A stretch of DNA of 64,000 nt, taken from Vicugna vicugna. Its lineage: Eukaryota. Below, piece by piece: positions 54,743-64,000 of the stretch. The translations under genes were made by a program, and so were the position numbers. Where the stretch lies: the NCBI GenBank assembly GCA_013265495.1, contig MU061578.1:629308-693307 (forward strand). Direction: 5' to 3'. The notes below the pieces were generated by a model that worked only from the letters and a program-made list of their open reading frames with translations, had not been told where the DNA came from and did no database searches. Position 1 is the stretch's first letter. Every line of letters begins with the position of its first letter.

Positions 54743-54856
54743 TTTTTTTTTTAATTTAAATTTTATTTATTTATTTTTTAATGAAGGTACTGGAGTTCGA
54801 ACGTGGGACCTCATGCATGCTAAGCAGGAACTCTACCACTGAGCTATACCCCCCTG
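54743..54856 (-). mobile_element. tRNA-derived SINE (camelid vic-1-like)
   Basis: Minus strand ggggggtatagctcagtggtagagttcctgcttagcatgcatgaggtcccacgttcgaactccagtacc plus A-rich tail; has Pol III A and B boxes. Confidence 0.85.
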
Positions 54857-55517
54857 TTAGACCCCACATTTTAAAAACCTTTATATGTGTTACCAACCTG
54901 ATAGCAGCATTAAGACAATTAAATGAGATAGGATTAAGATATTGGTAAGAGAACTAAATGGGGTAGATAATTCAACCCTGGTGGGAGTATTAAATAATTC
55001 AGTGAAATAAGGAACACGGGATTCTTGGCCCTTAGTAACCACTCTGTAATTATCAACGCTAGCACGTGCCAGTATCATTTTTTCATCTTCGTCCCACAAG
55101 GCTCCCTCCTAAAAGTTGTACTAATAGCCTAAGTAGACGTTTCATTTGAAATGTACAGTTGTGTTTTGTTGAGTTTTGTTTTAAACCGAAGACTGACATT
55201 TCCGTGTCGAGGAATAGCTAAGCTTAGTTCTGTTTTTTGCCTTAAACATCTGTGGTTGGTTCCACTGACTTCTTTGGAAAGATATATGAGGAAAGGGAGC
55301 CCTCAGAGCCAGCCAGCCAGGGCACCTGCACAGGCACCTGGGTCTACCTGTGGTGACAAGGGCCATCTGCTGCTCACCTGGGCAGCTCCCCTCATCTCCT
55401 CCCCCTACCCACCGTGGGCACCAGGGCAGCCCCGTGTGGAGCCGACAAATCCCAGGAAACACACCGAAGCAAAAGGACTCAGGACACCAACTCACGTGTA
55501 CCTTTTCAGACTAAGCT

Positions 55518-55553
55518 TTTATTTTTTGATATTACAAACCAGTTTTCTTTATT
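55518..55553 (-). terminator. Distal polyadenylation signals (two AATAAA)
   Basis: tttatt on plus at 55548-55553 and 55518-55523; downstream on minus is GU/U-rich sequence (gtgagttggtgtcc...ggtgtgtttcc). Confidence 0.75.
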
Positions 55554-58249
55554 CACAAACCACTGTAAGTGATATAAACACTAATTTCTAAAGACAGATA
55601 TACACATTTTCTGGGTTTGCAGATTGCGTGATGTGTGTGTTAAGAAGTCACTATATGCCACACATGATATTAATCTTTTTTTCCATAATTCATAATAGCA
55701 ATAGTTATTTAGATAAATGAAAACATTCCAAATAAATACTGTTTTAAAAAAATCCAAAATGTTTGTTTACATCTCTGACATACATTTTAAAATGACTTAT
55801 TGGCCTCTTGGAGGAGTGCCTGACAAAAGATTCTGCAACATCAGTTGGCACCCACTTTGCTCTAAATGATTTTATTAAAACTACATACAATCATGGGGGA
55901 AAGTACAGCTCATCGATGAAAATCAAAACTGCAAATTAATTTTACTTTAACCAACACAGTAAGAAGTCTATGTTTGTGATTCCAAATACAATGCAAATTC
56001 TGGATTTTTGACCTCGGAGGGAAATGGGAGAAATCTTTCTTCTCCCAACCCCTCTGCTCCTTCCGCCTTTCTCCCCTTCCGGGTAGGATGCCTGCAGCAT
56101 TTTAATACATTGTTTCCCTTAAAAACATCAACCAGGCACCCGTCGTCATAACACTGTCTTCCAGGTAGGGGGATGAGAATGTCTTAGTGATGCTATAAAA
56201 ACACCCCCTTGCCCCTCCCCTCCCCCACCCAAATAAGTCTGGTGAAAAGAATATTTGCTCTGCTTTTGGCGCAGTTTCCCCCGTTTCTCTCTCTCTCTTT
56301 TTTTTTTTTTGCGTTTTTTTTTTTTCAAGATCACGGTGATCTGTCTTAGATAGCGAAGCTACAGAAACTTTGTTTTCAAATCTTGTGAAACTTTATTGAT
56401 GGTTTAATATCCAACCGATCTTATTGCATGCACATAGGATGACAAGAGAAAGCTGGATCACAAACACTTTTTTTTTTTTAAGTTTTGTCTGGTTTTGTTT
56501 GAAAGCAGAGTTGTTACAGCGGATTGGCAGGTTCACAGCGGTGAGTTGATAGCTTTACTAAAGTGCACACCATACGGCCTGCACGATACACATGGAGATT
56601 TGAACTCTGGCAGCAAAACTACTGGGGACAGCTTGCTGCAGGATTTTTTTTGTTTTTAATTTCAATACAAAAACAGGAAGATCCGTGACAGATACCCCAA
56701 CTGAGATTAACTTGTAAACAGGACAACATGGAAAGACTTCAAACAGAAGAAGTACAAACTGCAATTTTTCGGCTGTCATTTCTGACCCTGCTTCAGAGGT
56801 GTGGGATGGGGGGGAACTTTGTTCTTTGGGGATGTCGAAGGTGGACCTACTTTTTTGCTTCCTTCTGACAAGTGTCCTAGGCCTTGGAGACAAAAAACAA
56901 ACAAACAAACAAACAAACAAAAAAACAAAAAAAAACCCCTCAAGATACTGATTTGAGAGAATCCTTGGGGACCAGGAAGGATGGGAGGGCAGGCTCTCAC
57001 CAACTGAAAAATTGCAGGTTGCTTACACAACAGACATGTTTCAAAAAGTACCAAGCTGATGAAAATACCGTGATGACCTCTACCCAATGACTGCAATACT
57101 TGTAAAAGGCGTCTAGAAATCCGAATATGATTATCACGTGATTCCATAAAAATGATACGTCTGTCTCTAACGGTTGTTCTACTCGGCTAAAACTAAAAGC
57201 TTCATTAAGACTGTTTCTAGAACTGAACAACTCCACTGCACAGATGTAAATTGTATACATTTGTCTTTTTTAACTGGTACAAAGAATTTTAAGTTTTTAT
57301 TACTTTCTCTTTTTTTTTTTGGAAAAAAAGAAAAAAATAGAAACAGTGCTTTTTATCACCTTTTTATTAATGTTATTTTTTTCCCTCCCATAATATAAAA
57401 GTCAGCAATGATATCAATAATTTATTATACTGGAAGAAATATAAAAAGAATGCTCGTTGATAGCCTAACTAGCAATTTTTGCCTAGATAACTAGCGGCTG
57501 GTTAAGAAGCTGAATACTGTCGGGTGGAATGGTTTAAAGGGCGGGTTTGCACAGCTTCATTCAGCTCAGATGCAAAGTGCCTCTAGCATCACCCCCTTAA
57601 CAAGGTAACCTTTGGCTTGAACCGACAATGAGTAACTTAGAATCACTGACATATATCTATGTAGATATATCTATATAGGGAAATATATCTACATATATAT
57701 ATATACATGGTCGTTGGTGCAGTGGGTCGTTTAGATTCATCAGTTACTATATTTTTTTTTCTTTCAGCCAAAACCCAGCCCCAATCCCCTAGGTCCCTCC
57801 CACCCTTCCCCTTTCATAAAATAAAATAATGCAGATGCAGAAAAAACATGACTACTGTAGTCACTTACACTCTTCCCAACAGCTGATAACCCCAGTAGCT
57901 TTAATATTCAGCATATAGAATTCATTTACATGATATAGCACTCTGGATATGGCCCTAACACCAGTTTCGATTCATAGCTAGCATCTCTCTAGATCAACCA
58001 CAAGAACTCCTACAGCCAGCAACCGAACTACGGAACCTTCAGAAATGAAAGACCCACAATATTAAAATACACAGAACAAAATATCTGAGGTATAAGATAA
58101 AAAATGTAATTTTTTTCCTCTTTTTATTTTTATTTTTTATCATTTTTTTTTTAGATGCTAAAATGATGCACTACTGCATGTATTGCAATACCCAGGCCTC
58201 GGAAAGCTTCCTTTCTCCCCACATTGGAAGGTTTTTATGGTTTTGTCAT
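55520..58249 (-). other. RBFOX1: RBFOX1 3'UTR (~2.7 kb)
   Basis: AU-rich stretch with no recognisable interspersed repeats, running from the stop codon to tandem AATAAA signals with a GU-rich element beyond. Confidence 0.85.
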
Positions 58250-58387
<138 letters not shown>

Positions 58388-59464
58388 TTAAGGGGTGTGT
58401 TTTTTACATTTTCCTTTTGCAACACGTGGATCATCAAAAAAGACTAATGTGAAAAATAGACACTCAGAAACAACCAAAATGGAGGCACCCCCTACCCATC
58501 CCAGGTCACTCTTGGAGAACTGAAGGTAGGGCCAATCCTGACCGCCCCCAATAGCTCCTTATAAAGAAAAATCCCTGTAAAACCAAATTCTATCAGCCAG
58601 CCCTGTGAGCTAAAAGGACTCTGATGCAAACTGGACAACTACAGGATTGGCACTGTCTCATTTTATTGGCTTGTTCGACTTGTCAATAAGACTATGTTCC
58701 GTCGGGAGAAGCTCAGTCTACACTCAAGAGGTTGAATGCAGATGACTTTTCGAATGTAGTTGTTCAACTCTCCTTTCCAACACCTTCCTCAAGCGGACCA
58801 GGTGTTGAAGCAGAGTAGTTGAATGCAAAATCAGGAGGAGAATTTAAATCAACTTCTTACTTGACTTGCCTCAGTAATTTGTATGGAAGTTGCTCTTGAG
58901 AGGGGAGTTGTGCAGATGAATTGCTTGATGTAACTGAGCTTGTGCAAAAAATAATGCGTTTCCAAATCGTTGCGGAATTTCTATGACCAAGCTCCAGTAA
59001 ATTGGCCATGGCTTTAGATGGCTCTGAGGTGGCACTTAACTATTTCCATTGTCTAAAAGTTTGGGCGATTCAAAGGAATGCCTATGGGGATTTATTTTTA
59101 GGATAAGGACTGGTAATTCTTGACCCCAAGCAGAAAACTGCATGCCAGAAGCTTTGTAATGATTGCATACGCTCTCACGTGATGGGCACGTCTTAACTGT
59201 ACTCAGGAGTTTTAGTGCATAGAAGTTTGAACAAGTACAGGCAAATTCACCCCACCCTCACCTCCCCTTTTTGCCCTCCCCCCACCCCTCCCAAAAAAAG
59301 AAGCCAGATCCCCCCCAAAACAAAAGACAACCCCCAGACTGATTCCTTCTAATTCCTTATGTACTAGGCACACACACAAAGTGTGCCCCTCTGTCTACTT
59401 TCTCTCCTGGGCGACTATGACTTTAAACATGAATTGTAATAGGGGAGGAGAGGCAGTCAGATTC

Positions 59465-59542
59465 TCAGCTGCCTGACAGCAGAGGCCTGGAAGTGTGCAG
59501 CTTAGCTCCTCTGAAGTCTGTGCTGGGGCTGGAACCTTGGGG
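59465..59542 (-). CDS. RBFOX1: Candidate alternative RBFOX1 terminal exon (PQGSSPSTDFRGAKLHTSRPLLSGS*)
   Basis: Long polypyrimidine tract (plus-strand A/G run ~59560-59591), then cacatag acceptor (AG at 59543-59544), 25 open codons in phase 0 and TGA at 59465-59467. AATAAA lies downstream at 59091-59096 and 58662-58667. Confidence 0.6.
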   Translation of the reverse strand, partial: PQGSSPSTDFRGAKLHTSRPLLSGS

Positions 59543-59849
59543 CTATGTGAATGAGCGGCAAGGGAGGGAAAAAAAAAAAAGAAAAAAAAAAGTTCTGCAT
59601 TGACACTGCATTCTGTTAGTGATGGATTTAATTATCAAAATGACTAATTATTCCATTAAGGTAAGTGCTCTGCTAGGTGAGACTTGCAAAGTTAGAAATA
59701 TAATAACTTACATGCACTACATTGCCAAGAAATTAAGACATTTATCAAGTTTACTGGGAGGATTAATGTGGCATTTTAGCTGCTGTTAGCGCAAGAGACA
59801 AATTCAATTAAGGGAAAGTGACACGACATCAGCCGTCACCCCCGTACTA

Positions 59850-60023
<174 letters not shown>

Positions 60024-60204
60024 TCACAGGCAATTACAAAGTAAATAATAACAACCACAAAATACAAAATACCAAGACAGTGCACAGGGGCCCTATTCCT
60101 CTTTAGAAATAAGAAACATACTCCAGTCTGCCACGTAACATGAGAAAAGTCCGTCTGTACACAAGACATTCCTTTGTCCATTTAACATTGCTGATGACAT
60201 AGGT

Positions 60205-60209
60205 ATGTA

Positions 60210-60243
<34 letters not shown>
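60205..60243. repeat. (TG)n microsatellite in RBFOX1 intron
   Basis: TG dinucleotide array seen directly. Confidence 0.9.
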
Positions 60244-60245
<2 letters not shown>

Positions 60246-60749
60246 TCTCTCTCACACAGCCCTTTCTACCCTGCTCACGTAGCTACTTCAAAGACAGAGG
60301 CAGGCAGAAGAAATAGCTTGGAAGAATGGTTTTAAGAAACCCAGGACCCACAAGAGACAGGTTATAATCAAGAGAGTGTCCTCTTTTCCTAGTGTAGATG
60401 TCACCACACAAGCGAGACAGGGTGGGTCAAACAGGGTGGAGTGATCCGGTCTGTACAGTTAGGGTCCAACATCTGAGAAAGGGAAAGCAAATGTTTTGAA
60501 ATAGAAGCATCTTTGAAGGGTTTGTGGGACCTCCCCCTCCAGAATTAGAGCTTGATTTGGTTTTGATCCCAGATTTATCACCCCAGAATGTCTATCTCAT
60601 CAATCTACAGTCAGGTTCTGGGAAGGGACACATTTCAGACTATTTCTTGATGACATTCCCTCATCTTTGTGTTTTCCTTTTTGTTTCCCCCTCACTCTCT
60701 CTCTACCATCTGCTCCCTCCACTTCCAGAACCTCCAGCACAGGCTTTAG

Positions 60750-60925
60750 AATACCAGTGTAGAAGGGATGGAAACCTAAGGCATTGGATGTCTACTGAGT
60801 ATCTGGAACTGAACAATGCAACAGATCAGAAATTAGGTTTCAGAGAGGTTGAGTCACTTGCCCAAGATCACAGAGCTAGACAGAGTCAGAGCTGATCCTT
60901 GAATCTCTCAGGGAAACTCTCATGC
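60750..60925. mobile_element. MIR SINE
   Basis: acagatcagaaattaggtttcagagaggttgagtcacttgcccaagatcacagagcta. Confidence 0.75.
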
Positions 60926-61027
60926 CATTTCCATGGTTCCATGCACCATTCCTTGAATGGCCTGCCACATACCTTCTTGGGAATAGTTTGAACATCGCTG
61001 TTTTGGTAATGAGCAAAGCTGAGATGC

Positions 61028-61400
61028 AGGTTAGGTTAGGTTAGGGTCTCTGGAAGCAGTCTGAAATGGAGATTCTTCTGCATCTGATTTGTTGAGGGGT
61101 GCTTTCAAGAGGAGAGAGGGGCAATCAAGGATGTGGTCTGAGCTGGAGTCTAGCTTCTATCTGATCCCGAAATCAACCAACACCCCAGAGTTGATCCCAT
61201 CTGGAGGCAAGTGGCTCAGTTGGTTAACATTAGTGTAAGTTAAGCATTAGCTGGGGGCTTCCTCGCGGGGTAGAGGTTAATCTCTGAGTTGAAGGGACTC
61301 TTTGGCAGAAGGTAAGTCTCTGAAGAAGGAGGCAGCTATGTGCCATTTGCAACTAATAGTCTAGAGCAACTGGGGGATGGGTGGACCAGCCACTCCATGG
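61028..61400 (-). mobile_element. ERVL LTR (LTR16/LTR33-like)
   Basis: ttaggttagggtctctggaagcag.ctgaaatggagatt...atttgttgagggg. Confidence 0.55.
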
Positions 61401-61972
61401 GGTATGTGTAAATTATCAACCTTCTTTGACTTTTAAACTTCCCTTTAAAGAATGAAGGAACAAGGCAGGAAGAAGTAGTTTCTAGTCTCGACCTTGGGGC
61501 CTAATTTGCACGGACTTTATTCCTCTCCATCTCTATCTTTTCCCTGCTTGCCTTACCATCTTCTTTCTCGTCGTCAGTGGGTAAGAATGTATGGGATGGA
61601 TCTCACACCATGGAGCTTGGGAAGGTGGAAGAGGCTAGGTGAAGGTCCTTCTAACTCCCAGTCTAAGGTAGACCCCAGACAGAAAACAGATACGATCACC
61701 CCAAGTCCTCACTGGCCAGGTCTTACTCCCAAGCCCCCCCTTGCCTGTTTCAAAGGGCACTGCACTCCCATCATCCACAGGAGGCTTCCTGCTTTGAGAA
61801 GCCGTGTTCTCCTGATCCTCACAAGCAATGACGCGAATGGATGTTTCTTTTCTGAGATGAGTCTCTTGGTGAAACTCACAAATCGTCAACCTGACCCTCT
61901 TGCTTTTCATTCCTCGGAACACCCTTCATGCCCTTGACTCATCAAAAATGACCTTTAATCAAAAAACTTTTA

Positions 61973-62125
61973 GGCGGGGAAGGAAGGTTATAGCTCAGTG
62001 GTACAGTAACATGCTTAGCATGCACGAGGTCCTGGGTTCAATCCCCAGTACCTCCATCAAAATAAGTAAGTAAATAAATAAAAATACAAATAAACCTAAT
62101 TACCTCCCCCCCTAAAAAAAAATTT
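61973..62125 (+). mobile_element. tRNA-derived SINE (camelid vic-1-like)
   Basis: ggttatagctcagtggta...atgcttagcatgcacgaggtcctgggttcaatccccagtacctcc, then an A-rich linker, aacctaattacctcccccc and an A tail. Probable TSD aaaaaa(c/t)tttt. Confidence 0.9.
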
Positions 62126-63539
62126 AAAAAATTTTTTAAAAACCTACAAAAATATAAGGGGAAAAAAAACCCTAAAAAAATTCTCCCTCTCTGGGAGGGA
62201 AAAATAGATGTAAGTCCAAGACAGGGTGTATTAAGGCAAGAAGAATGATGACGTTTTTGAAAAAAATTTTAGTCATGGAGGTCACTCATGAAACTTGGGT
62301 TTCTACCAACATACGTAGAAGTAGATACTAATGGGGGAAAGAACATGATGTATAACTTTGGCATTGATTTTCATTTCATGAGAAAATCAGCTCTGCCGTG
62401 GGTCTAGAGACAAAAAGCAAAAAGCTGTTCATAGGATTGTTTTAAGGTACCTCCCCCTGGCAAAGCTGGTTGTAGGGAGCAGGGCACAACCTGCGGAGGC
62501 AAACGGAAAATGCTTGGCCGTTGACTAAAGCGAGCCCACAGCGTGGTGTTCCTTCAAAACAAGCGTGCAGATGTGAATTCAGAACAGTGATTGTTAGTTT
62601 TCAATCTGGGGACGGGTTTTTCTGTGGCAGAAATGCCGTCTTTGAGGGAGACAACATAGCGGCCGTCTGAATGCATTGCGTGAAAATGCAGCCCCCCACC
62701 TTTTCCTTCTGAGTCGTTTAATGGTGAATTTGTGTTTGTCTCTAATACTGGGCAGAGCTTCAACCTTTGTGGAAAACCCAAGGTAACAATTTGGCAGCGT
62801 TCTCTTCCAAGGCAGGAGGAAAATACAGCAGCCCCGAACGATTCCTCGTAAATGAAAAGCCCCCTTTCCTCCTCAGGGTGACCTCTACCTTCAGAATCTG
62901 ATGGTTTTATTATGATTAATAAATTTCATTTCCACAGAGGAAAAGGGACCATGTCAGCTCCGACCGCAAGCAAGGAGGCTTCTTTTCAAATGCTAATTTC
63001 GAAACACACCCTTGTGTGACACTACGGTTTCCACCCAAGGTTAGGAGGGAAGATGTGGACTTGAGCGCTGTTCCTGCAGCAGACGTGCCAGGCACGTCAG
63101 CGACCGCACATCCTCAGAGCCGGCCAAGCACAGCCCCAGGGAAGAAGGGCAGTGCCCAGGGACCTCGACGGGAAGGATGCGCAGATGTCTTGTGGCCGCC
63201 ACGCTCTGACTGCCCTGCACCCATGGTGACCCTCCACGCTGCCCACCCCTGGCCACAGCGGACACTATTGCAGTCAGGTCAGGATGCTGTTCACGGCCCC
63301 ACATCCCATCCGTCAGAAATTACAGATGAAATCTTAAACGTGTCCACTTCACTCCATTCACCCTCTCACCACCCTGACGGAAGCTGCCAGTGTCATCAGT
63401 CATCAGAACCAAACTGAAAGCAGCCTGAAGTCTTGTCCCTTAGGTTCTCCTCATGCTTCTTCACACCGCGAGCCATTTATATCTATATCTGTCTGTCTAT
63501 CTAGCTATCTATCCATCTATCTAGTTAGATGTAAATCTA

Positions 63540-64000
63540 TATGCATCTCATCATATCATCCCCTTGCTTAAAACCCTTCAATGGTTTTTCCATTGATCCT
63601 AGAATAAAATTCAAATTTACAAGTTGCCCCTGCCCGCCTCTCAGTCTTATCTTACGCCTCTCTGCCCTTAGCTCACTGTGCTCTGGCACGCTGGCCTCAT
63701 CAGTGCTCCTTGGACACATGCAGATCCGTTCCTCCTCAGGGCTTCGGTCCTCGCTCATCTTCCACCTGAACTGCTTCCTTTCATCCTTTATCAGATCAAA
63801 TGTCAGCTCCCGGGACTCACCTCTGTCCCCCACTGCTCGTCCTTAAGCACGCTTTCCAACCCCTTTCCCATCTTTCACATCATGGAGCAAATCTGAATTC
63901 CTTTTGTTTACTTACCTCCAGGAGGGGTGGTTTGTCTGTCCCCCCTCCTGAAGTCAGCCCCATGGGGGTTGGGGCTGAGTCTGTTTTGTGCACCTGTTTC
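63540..64000. mobile_element. L2 fragment
   Basis: cttgcttaaaacccttcaatggtttt.ccattg...agaataaaattcaaat...ttcctcctcagggctt...cagatcaaatgtca. Confidence 0.8.

Noticed and set aside
61031..61046. Telomere-like ttaggttaggttaggg
   Set aside because: Only three short units at the edge of an LTR-like element; simple slippage.
61985..62055. tRNA-Ala-like gene
   Set aside because: Has an A-rich tail, a probable TSD and a disrupted cloverleaf, and a second diverged copy lies at 54743-54856; it is a SINE.

Overview
Mammalian genomic DNA, most likely a camelid: it carries two tRNA-derived vic-1-like SINEs and I saw no Alu, B1/B2, Bov-tA/CHR or PRE1 SINEs. The only protein-coding gene I can support is the 3' end of RBFOX1 on the minus strand: the 76-nt penultimate coding exon (59916-59991), the terminal exon encoding ...[14 protein letters not shown] (CDS 58250-58372) and a ~2.7-kb 3'UTR ending near 55520. 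The last intron offers three acceptors (59542, 58372, 58294) that would give different C-termini. Positions 1-55500 are downstream intergenic sequence filled with MIR, L2, L1 fragments, MaLR/ERVL/ERV1 solo LTRs and MER5/MER58/Tigger DNA transposons, with some repeat-free blocks that may be regulatory. The more unusual items are an orphan gamma-type ERV env remnant, a 5'-inverted L1 with a target-site duplication, a templated inverted insertion inside an LTR, a ~90-nt hairpin and a possible retroposed mRNA 3' end. I found no evidence of a new multi-gene system, and nearly all short ORFs in the track are spurious. Repeat subfamily names come from recalled consensus sequences and repeat boundaries are approximate.
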